Origin: a virus
Lineage: Duplodnaviria; Heunggongvirae; Uroviricota; Caudoviricetes
Virus record (IMG/VR): IMGVR_UViG_2579778535_000002
Length of the DNA stretch: 13,955 nt
Direction: 5' to 3' (one strand)
The notes beneath the pieces are model-generated. The model made no database searches and was not told the DNA's origin. It worked only from the letters and a program-made list of their open reading frames with translations. Positions 1 to 8,901 of the stretch are shown here, in pieces. A program made the translations under genes and the position numbers. Each line of letters begins with the position of its first letter. Within the stretch, counting starts at the first letter, position 1.

Positions 1-486
1 TGCCCCCCACGCCAGAGACGTGTTGCTGTGGCGACTGTCATCACTTCCGGTCAGCACATCGTGCTTTTTCCCCTTGTTGTCAGTTACGCGGATATAATCT
101 CCGGAGAAAGTCGAAACACGGCTGTAAGCCATACCCGCCATCGCATACGCGCTGAACCATTCATTCACGCACACAGAGGGCCCCGCCATCACGCTGAACC
201 AGCGGTTACGCACAGAATCTTCATGCCAGCGGGTATCGCTGTAACGGGTCAGCTGGCGATTCTTGTCTCCTGCATAGCTGAATGACGTCACCAGCCCCAG
301 TGTGTCCGTAAACTCATAACGGTATTTCACGTTAATCCCGTTCAGATTATCGCTGCCGGGAGCGTTCGTTGAGGCATGGAGATACCCCGCGCTCAGCGTG
401 GACTGATGTTCTGCTGCACTCGCTGGCGTAGCAGCGGCGACCTGCCAGACTACTGCGGACAAAATAACAGCACATAATTTACGCAT
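1..486 (-). CDS. lom: Lom/Ail-family outer-membrane protein (lambda Lom-like moron); 5' part only, 3' end runs off the window start
   Basis: Absent from the ORF track because no stop codon lies in the window. Hand translation of the minus strand from ATG at 486..484 gives MRKLCAVILSAVVWQVAAATPASAAEHQSTLSAGYLHASTNAPGSDNLNGINVKYRYEFTDTLGLVTSFSYAGDKNRQLTRYSDTRWHEDSVRNRWFSVMAGP..., open to position 1 (162 codons). Signal-peptide-like N-terminus followed by sequence I recognise as lambda Lom. SD-like GAGAGG about 5 nt upstream. Position directly downstream of J matches lambda order. Confidence 0.85.
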   Translation of the reverse strand, partial: MRKLCAVILSAVVWQVAAATPASAAEHQSTLSAGYLHASTNAPGSDNLNGINVKYRYEFTDTLGLVTSFSYAGDKNRQLTRYSDTRWHEDSVRNRWFSVMAGPSVCVNEWFSAYAMAGMAYSRVSTFSGDYIRVTDNKGKKHDVLTGSDDSRHSNTSLAWGA

Positions 487-507
487 AATTACCTCTCGCT
501 TTTCTGC

Positions 508-534
508 AATAAAAAAGGCGCCATTTCTGGCGCC
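508..534 (-). terminator. Intrinsic (rho-independent) terminator between J and lom
   Basis: On the minus strand: GGCGCC-AGAAAU-GGCGCC (6-bp G/C stem 534..529 with 522..517, 6-nt loop) immediately followed by UUUUUUAUU (plus-strand A-run 516..508). It lies 20 nt after the J stop (556..554) and before the lom start (486). The plus-strand version lacks a T-run, so it is unidirectional. Confidence 0.6.
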
Positions 535-553
535 CGTATCTGGGTTATAAAAT

Positions 554-3500
554 TCAGCTAATCGTGATGCCTGCAGTGGCTTTCTTCATCACCACAACCA
601 GCAAATCGCTGATACTTGCTGTGGGATACCAGTTATTTACCAGCCACGCTGACACCGAAAACTCCAGCGTCATGTGACCGTGACCAGCCGGCATATCAAT
701 AACACCACTGTAAATCAGCGTATTATCCAGCGCGGTACGGTTATAAATTTCAGCGCCGTTTTTCCGTACGATCAGACGGCATGAGGAGTAAATATCAGTA
801 TGCTCTTTCTCATGTTTAGCGCCACTGAATGCCACCGCCGGAATAACAATCTGCCGGTCAAACGGCTGATCGTCATAAACCCTGACGGTAATGGTTCCTG
901 ATGGCCACCGCTCCGGTGCACGGGAGTCCCGGGGGAAAGCTTTGCCCACTGTTTTAACGAGATCGCCTTCAATCTGGTTCGCGGACAGTTTTCCCAGAAC
1001 CCGACAGTTCTCGTTAATCGTGACGTTGTTGAGCGTCCCGGAGTTCGCATTCACGTTACCGCTGATATCGGCATTTTTCGCCGTCAGCCGCCCGTCCGGT
1101 GTCAGGGAAAATGCCGGAGGATTACCGCCGCTGGTAATGGTCGGAGCCGTCAGGCGTTTCAGGAACACGTCGTTCATGAATATCTGATCGCCCTGACCAA
1201 CAAACATTGGTCTTGTGTTGCCATTAGACGGATCAATAAACGCGATACGGTTAGCGGCAACCAGGAACTGGCTCAGTTTGCCTTCCTCCGTGTCCTCCAT
1301 GCTGAGGCCAAGTCCCGCGACATAATGCTTACCGTCTTCGGTCTGCTCAATTTTGACGCCCCACATGGCATTCCATTTATCGTTGGCGTCTTTCCACTCT
1401 TTCGAAAACTGATCCAGTCTGCTGGCGTTATCTTCCGTCAGGTCGACTTTTTCCAGCAGCTCCTTGCCGAGATGGGATTCGGTTATCTTGCCTTTGAAAA
1501 AATCCAGGTAACCTTCCGCATCATCGCTCGCCCGACCGACGGCCTCCACGAATGCCGATTTGCCAACGGTGTTCACACTGCGGATATAAAAGTAATAATC
1601 ATGGCCCGGTTTGATATTGATACTGGCAGCTATCCAGTACAGCCCCGTACCAAGATAGCGGGCTGTGGTTTCAACCTGCCTGATATCCGCAATCCGCTTT
1701 TCCGAGAACCAGAACTCAAACTGTACCGTCGGATCGTAAACCGCAAGATGCGGCGTGGCGGTGATCTGAAAATAGCCCGGCGTCAGCTCAATCCGCGACG
1801 GCGCTGCCGGTGCGGCAATCCGGAACGATACCGATGCCGGATCGCCCTGCTGTCCCCACGCATTTACCGCCCGGACCGTCAGCGTGTAACGCCCCAGCGC
1901 CAGTTGCCTGAAGCGGTATGTGGTTTCCGTCGTCCGGGCCGTGCTGACCAGCCGCTCACTGCCGTCATCCGCTGTTACGGTCAGACGGAGCAGGAAGCTC
2001 ACGCCCTTCACCACCTTCGGCGTGTCCCAGCGCGCCAGCACCTGATATTCCCCGCTGTCTGCGGTGACTTCGGCGGTCAGGTGCTGCACCGCTGGCGGCG
2101 TGACACCATTCACCGTGCCGCTCTGGTCGCCGTCAAAGTGCGCCCCGTTATCCACGATGGCTTCTTTTTCCGGTACATGCTGCACGGCGGTGATGGCATA
2201 CGTGCCGTCGTCGTTCTCACGAATACTCACGCAGCGGAACAGGCGCTGGCGCAGCGTCGGCAGCTTCAGCCCCCACACGCTGTATTCAGCAACACCGTCA
2301 GGAACACGGCTCACTTTCACCTTCACGCCGTCGGTGACGGACTGAACCTCCACGCTGACCGGACTCCCCTGCCCGTCAACCAGGCTTATCAGCGTGGTGC
2401 CGGAAGATGGCAGCGTGATTTCACGGTCGAGCGTCAGCGTCCGGGTCTGGCTGTTTACCGCCAGCACGCGCCCGCCGATGCTGATACCGGCATAGTCATC
2501 ATCACAGATTTCAATGACATCGCCCGGCACATGGCGAAGCCCTTCTGCGCCCACGCTGAAGTCCACGGTCTGCGTTTCCAGCAGTTCTGTTTTAATCAGC
2601 CACAGCCCGGCGCGGTGTGCCTGCCCCCGGCTGGTACAGCCAAAGGCATCCATCTTCGTGACGTTACGACCGTAACGGGCAATGGCCTGCGTATCCTCCA
2701 CAAGCTCTGCCGCCGTCTCCCAGCCGTTGTTCGGGTCAATCCAGTTCACCTCAACGGCATTATGGCGGTCCTTCAGGGCGCTGAAGCTGTAGCGGAACGG
2801 CGCGCCATCATCCGGCATCACCACATTACTGCGGTTATAGGTCCACACCTTATCCGAGGGTCGGTCCTGCACGAACGTCAGCGTCTGCCCGTTCCATACC
2901 GGCATACAGCGCATCGCCGAGCAGAAATCACTGAGCACATCCCACGCCTTGCGCTGTGTGGTCAGGTACGCATTACAGGTGATGCGCGGCTCCGTGCCGC
3001 CAAAGCCGTCCGGTACTGACTGGTCGCAGTACTGGCCGATGACATACAGCGCCCATTTGTCCACATCCGCCGCACCAAGACGTTTCCCCATGCCGTAGCG
3101 CGGATGGGTCAGCATATCCCACAGACACCAGGCCATGTTGTTGCTGTATGCCGGTTTAAACGTTCCGTCCCAGATACCGCTGTATTGCCGCGTCTGCGGG
3201 TTATAATTCGACGGCACCTGCAGAATACGCCCGCGCAGATGATAATTACGGCTCACCTGCTGGCTGCCGAACTGCTCCGAGTCCACCTGCACGCCGACCA
3301 GTGCCGTGTTCGGGTAGCACTGTTTCACATCGATGATTTCGGTGTATGACGACCAGAGCGTTTTGTTCTGCAGCTGGTCTGTGGTGCTGTCCGGCGTCAT
3401 CCTGCGCATCCGGATATTAAACGGGCGCGGCGGCAGGTTATCCACCACCACCGAGGCCAGATACTGCGACGTGGTTTTGCCCTTAATGGTGATGTCTTTT

Positions 3501-3949
3501 TCCGTCACCCAGCCACCGTTACGCTGTATCTGAACCAGCAGGCGGACTTCCGACGGATTCCTGTCCCCCTTTGAGGTGGTTTCCACCAGAGCCTGCACAC
3601 CGAAGGTAAAGCGCAGTCGGTCGATGTTTGCCGACGTGATGGTCCGGGTGATCGGCGTGTCATATTTCACTTCCGTACCCAGCACCGTCTCGGAGCCGGA
3701 GGATTCAAATCCCTCCGGCGGTGTCTGCTCCTGCTCACCTGCCCGGAACACCACCGTGACACCGGAGATGTTGGTATTCCCCTCAGTGTCCAGCACCGGC
3801 GTACTGTTCAGCAGCACGCTTTTTAATCCATCCACCGGACCTTCAATCGGCCCTTCACTGATGGCATCAATCACACTCAGCAACTGCGTGGACTTCAGGT
3901 TGTCCTTCGCTTCGCGCGGGGTATGCCCCTTACTGCTGCCTTTACCCAT
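554..3949 (-). CDS. J: Tail tip / central tail fibre host-specificity protein J
   Basis: 1131-aa ORF (lambda gpJ is 1132 aa). I recognise the sequence as lambda J over most of its length ([58 protein letters not shown]...). ATG at 3949, TGA at 556..554. Position after I matches lambda synteny. Confidence 0.97.
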   Translation of the reverse strand: MGKGSSKGHTPREAKDNLKSTQLLSVIDAISEGPIEGPVDGLKSVLLNSTPVLDTEGNTNISGVTVVFRAGEQEQTPPEGFESSGSETVLGTEVKYDTPITRTITSANIDRLRFTFGVQALVETTSKGDRNPSEVRLLVQIQRNGGWVTEKDITIKGKTTSQYLASVVVDNLPPRPFNIRMRRMTPDSTTDQLQNKTLWSSYTEIIDVKQCYPNTALVGVQVDSEQFGSQQVSRNYHLRGRILQVPSNYNPQTRQYSGIWDGTFKPAYSNNMAWCLWDMLTHPRYGMGKRLGAADVDKWALYVIGQYCDQSVPDGFGGTEPRITCNAYLTTQRKAWDVLSDFCSAMRCMPVWNGQTLTFVQDRPSDKVWTYNRSNVVMPDDGAPFRYSFSALKDRHNAVEVNWIDPNNGWETAAELVEDTQAIARYGRNVTKMDAFGCTSRGQAHRAGLWLIKTELLETQTVDFSVGAEGLRHVPGDVIEICDDDYAGISIGGRVLAVNSQTRTLTLDREITLPSSGTTLISLVDGQGSPVSVEVQSVTDGVKVKVSRVPDGVAEYSVWGLKLPTLRQRLFRCVSIRENDDGTYAITAVQHVPEKEAIVDNGAHFDGDQSGTVNGVTPPAVQHLTAEVTADSGEYQVLARWDTPKVVKGVSFLLRLTVTADDGSERLVSTARTTETTYRFRQLALGRYTLTVRAVNAWGQQGDPASVSFRIAAPAAPSRIELTPGYFQITATPHLAVYDPTVQFEFWFSEKRIADIRQVETTARYLGTGLYWIAASINIKPGHDYYFYIRSVNTVGKSAFVEAVGRASDDAEGYLDFFKGKITESHLGKELLEKVDLTEDNASRLDQFSKEWKDANDKWNAMWGVKIEQTEDGKHYVAGLGLSMEDTEEGKLSQFLVAANRIAFIDPSNGNTRPMFVGQGDQIFMNDVFLKRLTAPTITSGGNPPAFSLTPDGRLTAKNADISGNVNANSGTLNNVTINENCRVLGKLSANQIEGDLVKTVGKAFPRDSRAPERWPSGTITVRVYDDQPFDRQIVIPAVAFSGAKHEKEHTDIYSSCRLIVRKNGAEIYNRTALDNTLIYSGVIDMPAGHGHMTLEFSVSAWLVNNWYPTASISDLLVVVMKKATAGITIS

Positions 3950-3966
3950 TTCTCACGCTCCATAAA

Positions 3967-3991
3967 CGACAAAACCGCCCGGGGGCGGTTT
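3967..3991 (-). promoter_or_regulatory. Stable GC hairpin in the I-J intergenic region (possible attenuator or RNA-stability element)
   Basis: Minus-strand RNA AAACCGCC-CCCG-GGCGGUUU (8-bp stem incl. 5 G:C, tetraloop) followed by UGUCGUUUAUGG, then a GGAG/GAG SD-like stretch and the J ATG. Part of the flanking U/A run is consumed in the stem, so the terminator assignment is weak. Confidence 0.3.
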
Positions 3992-4009
3992 CACATAAAA
4001 CGTTTTTCA

Positions 4010-4651
4010 TCAGCGACCAATCACCACAACCTGACCACCATCACCTTCATCTGCCGTGCTGATCTCCTGAGATACCACCCGCGACCCCACACGCATTTCA
4101 CCGTACAGAACGGGCAGGACATTGCCCTGGGCAACCATATTATCCAGTGAAGAAAAATAGGTGTTCTGTTTGCCGTTATCCGTTGTCTGTGTGCGGGGGG
4201 TTTTGGGTTTAGGGGCCAGCATCTGTGCAACACCGCCAAGCGTCATACTGGCACCGAGAGAAAACAGCAGATTACTCGCCATAATTCCTACCCCCGGCAT
4301 CCATATAGCAACCGCCATAACAGCCGCCCCCAGCACAGCCTGAAACACACCGCCACTTTTAGCACCCGCCAGACGCGGCACGATATGGATCACGGCACCA
4401 TTTGCCAGCGGCTCATTCAGACGGGCTGATAATTCGTTTTCACCTGTATCACGCCCGGCAATCCGTATCTGATACCAGCCATCGCTCAGTTTCTGACGAA
4501 ACGCCGGGAGCTGTGTGGCCAGCGCCCGGATGGCTTCAGCCCCCGTTTTCACACGAAGGTCGATGCGGCGACCAAATCGTTGTAAATCCCCGTAAAGGCA
4601 GATGCGCGCCATGCCCGGTGACGCCAGAGGGAGTGTGTGCGTCGCTGCCAT
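4010..4651 (-). CDS. I: Tail tip assembly protein I
   Basis: 213-aa ORF recognised as lambda gpI (MAATHTLPLASPGMARICLYGDLQRFGRRIDLRVKTGAEAIRALATQLPAFRQKLSDGWYQIRIAGRD...; C-terminus ...VLPVLYGEMRVGSRVVSQEISTADEGDGGQVVVIGR). ATG at 4651..4649 preceded by GAGAGAGG. It overlaps the 3' end of K by 103 nt in a different frame, as I recall for annotated lambda. About 10 codons shorter than lambda I (223 aa). Confidence 0.85.
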   Translation of the reverse strand: MAATHTLPLASPGMARICLYGDLQRFGRRIDLRVKTGAEAIRALATQLPAFRQKLSDGWYQIRIAGRDTGENELSARLNEPLANGAVIHIVPRLAGAKSGGVFQAVLGAAVMAVAIWMPGVGIMASNLLFSLGASMTLGGVAQMLAPKPKTPRTQTTDNGKQNTYFSSLDNMVAQGNVLPVLYGEMRVGSRVVSQEISTADEGDGGQVVVIGR

Positions 4652-5292
4652 TTGTCGGTGTACCTCTCTCGTTTGCTCAGTTGTTCAGGAATATGGTGCA
4701 GCAGCTCGCCGTCGCCGCAGTAAATTGCGGCGTGATTCGGCACCGATGAACCAAAACAGCACAGCAGCACATCGCCCGGCTGTGCCGCTGACAACGGCAC
4801 CTGATACAGCCCCGTCGCCTCCAGATTATCCAGATAGAGATTCTGGCCGTTACGCCACCAGTCATCCTCACGATGAAAGTCCGGCATCTCAATCCCCGCC
4901 AGATGATAAGCATCCCGGAACAGTGTGTAACAGTCCGTCACACCGTGCTCAAAGCGCCGCCCGGTGAGATGCGGCACACAGCGGAACTTATGAATCGTCC
5001 CCCGGCAGACCAGCCACCACGGCAAATCACTCTGCACCTGCAGCCGCCGGTCGGCCTCACTCAGCCAGGGCAGACCACCGGGGTGGCTGTGGACCAGCGC
5101 CACAATCTCACCCTGCATTTCTGCCTGCAGCCAGTCTTCCGGCGACATACGGAAATACGCCTCCGGCTCACCGGAGATATTCACGCAGGGGAAATATCTT
5201 TCCCCCTCCGGCGTGCTTACCACGAAGCCGCACGACTCCGCTGGCGCACATCGCCGGGCGTGCGCCAGAATCGCTGATTCTGTCTGTGTCAT
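4549..5292 (-). CDS. K: Tail tip assembly protein K (N-terminal JAB/MPN metalloprotease-like domain plus C-terminal NlpC/P60-like domain)
   Basis: 247-aa ORF. Exact JAMM motif H68-S-H70-x7-S78-x2-D81 (VALVHSHPGGLPWLSEAD) with an upstream E-x-C-G (AESCGFVV, E19). NlpC/P60-like Cys (VTDCYTLF) and His (HHAAIYCGDGELLHH) further downstream. ATG at 5292 lies 5 nt after the L stop with no SD, which suggests translational coupling. The lambda-annotated 199-aa form would start at M49 of this ORF. Confidence 0.85.
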   Translation of the reverse strand: MTQTESAILAHARRCAPAESCGFVVSTPEGERYFPCVNISGEPEAYFRMSPEDWLQAEMQGEIVALVHSHPGGLPWLSEADRRLQVQSDLPWWLVCRGTIHKFRCVPHLTGRRFEHGVTDCYTLFRDAYHLAGIEMPDFHREDDWWRNGQNLYLDNLEATGLYQVPLSAAQPGDVLLCCFGSSVPNHAAIYCGDGELLHHIPEQLSKRERYTDKWQRRTHSLWRHRAWRASAFTGIYNDLVAASTFV

Positions 5293-5297
5293 GGGAT

Positions 5298-5996
5298 TTA
5301 CTGCGAAAGTTTGTTAATGGAAAGGAAGCCGCCAAAGTTGCCGACGTTATTGCGGAACTTACAACCGCTCAGGCATTTGCTGCATTTATCCTTCGTGATA
5401 TCGGACGTTGGCTGGTCATATTCATCCGCGACAGCCGGACCGCTATAACCGCACTCGTCACCGCGATAGGTCCAGGTGCAGGTGTTGGCCAGCATGATAC
5501 GTCCCGGAAAAACAGCGCCATCCGTTTCCGTCGGCGTGGACAGTACAAAGGAGGCACTCACCGCGCTCAGTTCGCTGCACTGCTCAATGCGCCAGCGGCT
5601 GATCACCTCCTGCTCCGGATCGGCGTAACTGTTTCCGTTGACGAAGTTCACCGCATCCAGAAAACGGGCGTAAACCTTACGCCGGACCACCGTTCCGCCG
5701 ACCAGACTCTGCATATCTTCCGCCATCCCGGTGACCATACCGTACAGGTTAGAAACCGTCAGCGTGGGGCGCGTACTGGTGCCTTTGCCATTCAGTTCAA
5801 AACCGCTCCCCTGAATGGGATACGGCTGATACTGTCGCCCCTGCCAGGTGACCGGCTCACCTTTTTCGTTCTGCTCATTACAGAAAAAATAACGTTCTCC
5901 ACCGACCTCTGTCAGGTCGATTTCCCAGAGCACCACGCTGGCCGACTGCTCCGCACGGGTGCATTCACTCTGTGTTTCCTGCCGGATATCCTGCAT
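5298..5996 (-). CDS. L: Tail tip assembly protein L (Fe-S cluster-binding)
   Basis: 232-aa ORF, same length as lambda gpL, recognised sequence (MQDIRQETQSECTRAEQSASVVLWEIDLTEVGGERYFFCNEQNEKGEPVTWQGRQYQPYPIQGSGFELNGKG...). C-terminal Cys cluster (GDECGYSG ... KDKCSKCLSGCKF) matches the reported [4Fe-4S] site of gpL. The ATG at 5996 shares 1 nt with the M stop (TGATG). Confidence 0.95.
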   Translation of the reverse strand: MQDIRQETQSECTRAEQSASVVLWEIDLTEVGGERYFFCNEQNEKGEPVTWQGRQYQPYPIQGSGFELNGKGTSTRPTLTVSNLYGMVTGMAEDMQSLVGGTVVRRKVYARFLDAVNFVNGNSYADPEQEVISRWRIEQCSELSAVSASFVLSTPTETDGAVFPGRIMLANTCTWTYRGDECGYSGPAVADEYDQPTSDITKDKCSKCLSGCKFRNNVGNFGGFLSINKLSQ

Positions 5997-6325
5997 CAGT
6001 TCACCACCTGTTCAAACTCTGCGCTGAACTCAACACGCAGCATACTGACCCGCGACGACCATTTTGCGCAGGTCACCTTTATCTGCCTGTAACCATAAGG
6101 CGGCGTCCACAGAAAGGCCTTCCAGCCCCCGTGCTCAGCCAGAAACGACTCCAGCGCCGTGGCCTCCTCACGGGAGACAGAAAGCGTCACGCTGTACGTT
6201 TTCAGGTCGGCATTCAGCCCGGCAGGCGCTCGCTGGGAATAGCCATCACCAAAGCGCACTTTCCTGACGGAAGGAGCCGAAGCCACATCCATACCGGGTT
6301 TCACTTTCCAGCGGAAGGTTTTCAT
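5996..6325 (-). CDS. M: Tail tip protein M
   Basis: 109-aa ORF, same length as lambda gpM (MKTFRWKVKPGMDVASAPSVRKVRFGDGYSQRAPAGLNADLKTYSVTLSVSREEA...). GGAGGTGG SD 5 nt upstream. ATGA start/stop overlap with H. Confidence 0.95.
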   Translation of the reverse strand: MKTFRWKVKPGMDVASAPSVRKVRFGDGYSQRAPAGLNADLKTYSVTLSVSREEATALESFLAEHGGWKAFLWTPPYGYRQIKVTCAKWSSRVSMLRVEFSAEFEQVVN

Positions 6326-8901
6326 CGTCCACCTCCGGAGAACAGACCACCATCGCGCATCTGCCCGGTCACAACATCCATTGCCGCCTTACGGGCTACG
6401 TCATAAACAGCCTTCAGTGCCTGTGGCCCTATCTGACCGTTCGTGCCGTCGTTGTTAATCACCACATGGTTATTCTGCTCAAACTTCCCGGACGCCTGCG
6501 ACCGGCTGTCCGCCAGGCTGCCCGGTGTACCGACATAACCACCGGTGGCATAGCCGCGCATCAGCCGGTAGAGATTCCCCACGCCAATCCGGCTGGTTGC
6601 CTCCTTCGTGAAGACAAATTCACCACGGTGAACAATCCCCGCTGGCTCATATTTGCCGCCGGTTCCCGTAAATCCCCCGGTCGCAAAATGGAATTTCGCC
6701 GCAGCTGCCTGAATGGCTGTACCGCCTGACGCGGATGCGCCGCCACCAACAGCCCCGCCAATGGCGCTGCCGATACTCCCGACAATCCCCACCATTGCCT
6801 GCTTAAGCAGAATTTCTGTCATCATGGACAGCACGGAACGGGTGAAGCTGCGCCAGTTCTGCTCACTGCCGGTCAGCATCGCCGCCATATTCTGTGCAAT
6901 ACCATCAAAGGTCTGCGTGGCAGCACTTTTAACCTGCGACATACTGTCCGTGGCGCTCTCTTCCCACTCACTCCAGCCGGACCTGAGGCCTGCCATCCAG
7001 CTCCCGCGAAGCTGGTCTTCAGCCGCCCAGGTCTTTTTCTGCTCTGACATGACGTTATTCAGCGCCAGCGGATTATCGCCATACTGTTCCTTCAGGCGCT
7101 GTTCCGTGGCTTCACGTTCTGCCTGCCGGTCAGTCAGCCCCCGGCTTTTCGCATCAATGGCGGCCCGTTTTGCCCGTTGCTGCTGTGCGAATTTATCCGC
7201 CTGCTGCGCCAGCGCGTTCAGGCGCTCCTGATACGTAACCTTGTCGCCAAGTGCAGCCAGCTGGCGTTTGTACTCCAGCGTCTCATCTTTATGCGCCAGC
7301 AGGGATTTCTCCTGTGCAGACAGCTGGCGACGTTGCGCCGCCTCCTCCAGTACCGCGAACTGACTCTCCGCCTTCCACAAATCCCGGCGCTGCTGGCTGA
7401 TTTTCTCATTTGCTCCGGCATGCTTCTCCAGCGTCCGGAGTTCAGCCTGAAGCGTCAGCAGGACAGCATGAGCATTGTCTTCCTGACGATCGCCCGCAGA
7501 CACCTTCACGCCGGACTGTTTCGGCTTTTTCAGCGTCGCTTCATAATCCTTTTTCGCCGCCGCCATCAGCGTGTTGTAATCTGCCTGCAGGATTTTCCCG
7601 TCTTTCAGTGCCTTATTCAGTTCCTCCTGGCGGGCGGTATATTTCTCCAGCGGTGTCTGCAGGCGTTCGTAAGCCTTCTGCGCCTCTTCGGTATATTTCA
7701 GCCGTGATGCCTCAGACTCGGCCCGATCTTTTGCTGCCATCTCACTGGCCTTTTCAAGATCGGCCTGCAACGTGGCGGCTGAAAGCCCAAGTCGCGCATT
7801 CTCTCTCTTCTCCCATGCCCCCCGGAGATTGGCAAGAAATGCTGAAGTTTTACCGCGCCGGTGGCTTCGGCTCTGATACCACTGCCATTTTTTATCCGCT
7901 TCATCAAAAGCCTTTTCAGCTTTGGCGAGCATATCTGCAGAGGAGTCCGGGCGGCCAATATCCAGCACCGCATCCCACATGGATTTGAATGCCTGTGCAG
8001 TCTTGTCTGCCCAGGTCTCCAGCGTACCCATGTTATCTTTCAGTTTACGGGTCTGGTCATCAAACCCTTTCGTTGCGGCCTCGTTCGCCGCCTGCAATGC
8101 CCCGGCCCCATCGCCGGAACGCTGCAACTGAGCAACATACGCAATCTGTTCCGCCGTCACGTTATGGAACTGGCGCGCCATCGCCGTCAGCCCCGACGTC
8201 GGGTCAGTGGTCAGCTTCCCGAAGGCTTCAGCGACCTTGTCCACCTCCACGCCGGATGCAGAGGAGAAACGCGCCACACTCTGGCTGATTGCCTCAAACT
8301 GCTCACCACCACGCACACCGGCATTCACCAGCGCCGTCAGTGACTCGCTGGTCTGGTTAAACGTCAGCCCTGCCGCCTGCCCTGCTCTGGACAGGACCAG
8401 CATACGATCTGCCGTCAGTCCCGCCTGATTACCGGAAAGGACCAGCGTTTTGTTGAAATTAGACAGGGTTGAGTCACCCTGATACCAGGCATACGCCAGC
8501 GCACCGGTCGCCACCGCCAGCGAAGTGATACCCACCATCGGCAGGGTGATCGCACCGGCAAGCCCCCTGAACATGGGGATCATCCCGCCGAAGGAGTCCT
8601 TCACCTGACCACCCTGTTGCAGCAGGATCAGCCACGGACTTTGCCCCCCTGCAAGCTGTGTGGCCACGTCGGTGAACTGCGCAGGCAGCATACGCATGGC
8701 GGCTTTATACTGCCCGACGGAAATCCCCGCTTTCTGTGCAGCCAGCGCCTGCCGGTTCATTGACTGTTCAACGACTGCCGCTGTTTTTTTCGCATCACTT
8801 TCCGTACCGGAAAAATGACGCCTGACTCTGGCCATCTGCTCGTCAAATCTGGCCGCATCCAGACTTAAATCAACGACCAGATCGCCTACCGGTTCAGCCA
8901 T
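6322..8901 (-). CDS. H: Tail tape measure protein H
   Basis: 859-aa ORF (lambda gpH is 853 aa), recognised sequence (MAEPVGDLVVDLSLDAARFDEQMARVRRHFSGTESDAKKTAAVVEQSMNRQALAAQKAGISVGQYKAAMRMLPAQFTDVATQLAGGQSPWLILLQQGGQVKDSFGGMIPMF...). Long Ala/Gln/Glu/Lys-rich predicted coiled-coil centre and Gly-rich C-terminal region. GGAGGAG SD upstream of ATG 8901. The start overlaps the end of the T frame by 8 nt. Confidence 0.97.
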   Translation of the reverse strand: MAEPVGDLVVDLSLDAARFDEQMARVRRHFSGTESDAKKTAAVVEQSMNRQALAAQKAGISVGQYKAAMRMLPAQFTDVATQLAGGQSPWLILLQQGGQVKDSFGGMIPMFRGLAGAITLPMVGITSLAVATGALAYAWYQGDSTLSNFNKTLVLSGNQAGLTADRMLVLSRAGQAAGLTFNQTSESLTALVNAGVRGGEQFEAISQSVARFSSASGVEVDKVAEAFGKLTTDPTSGLTAMARQFHNVTAEQIAYVAQLQRSGDGAGALQAANEAATKGFDDQTRKLKDNMGTLETWADKTAQAFKSMWDAVLDIGRPDSSADMLAKAEKAFDEADKKWQWYQSRSHRRGKTSAFLANLRGAWEKRENARLGLSAATLQADLEKASEMAAKDRAESEASRLKYTEEAQKAYERLQTPLEKYTARQEELNKALKDGKILQADYNTLMAAAKKDYEATLKKPKQSGVKVSAGDRQEDNAHAVLLTLQAELRTLEKHAGANEKISQQRRDLWKAESQFAVLEEAAQRRQLSAQEKSLLAHKDETLEYKRQLAALGDKVTYQERLNALAQQADKFAQQQRAKRAAIDAKSRGLTDRQAEREATEQRLKEQYGDNPLALNNVMSEQKKTWAAEDQLRGSWMAGLRSGWSEWEESATDSMSQVKSAATQTFDGIAQNMAAMLTGSEQNWRSFTRSVLSMMTEILLKQAMVGIVGSIGSAIGGAVGGGASASGGTAIQAAAAKFHFATGGFTGTGGKYEPAGIVHRGEFVFTKEATSRIGVGNLYRLMRGYATGGYVGTPGSLADSRSQASGKFEQNNHVVINNDGTNGQIGPQALKAVYDVARKAAMDVVTGQMRDGGLFSGGGR

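Noticed and set aside
28-285. 85-aa plus-strand ORF at the window start
   Set aside because: Antisense to the lom coding frame, which shows a clear Lom-like translation; no independent support.
1325-3019. 564-aa plus-strand ORF (and the 93-aa ORF at 2064..2345) inside J
   Set aside because: Entirely antisense to the confidently assigned J gene. The product is Arg/His/Pro/Cys-rich low-complexity sequence typical of the reverse frame of GC-rich coding DNA, and there is no SD or recognisable motif.
4550-4552. GTG start for I forming a 4-nt GTGA overlap with the K stop
   Set aside because: Not adopted as the primary call because the ATG at 4651 has an upstream SD-like GAGAGAGG and, as far as I recall, lambda is annotated with the same 103-nt overlap. 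Kept as an open question in the findings.
5286-6092. 268-aa plus-strand ORF spanning L and M
   Set aside because: Antisense shadow of L/M, both of which match lambda proteins at full length.
6466-8428. Multiple 70-190-aa plus-strand ORFs within H (e.g. 6713..7231, 7177..7707, 7410..7988, 7861..8343)
   Set aside because: All lie antisense to the tape-measure gene and have Pro/Arg/Ser/Leu-rich or Cys-rich compositions with no motif; these are long open antisense frames expected in a 2.6-kb high-GC gene.
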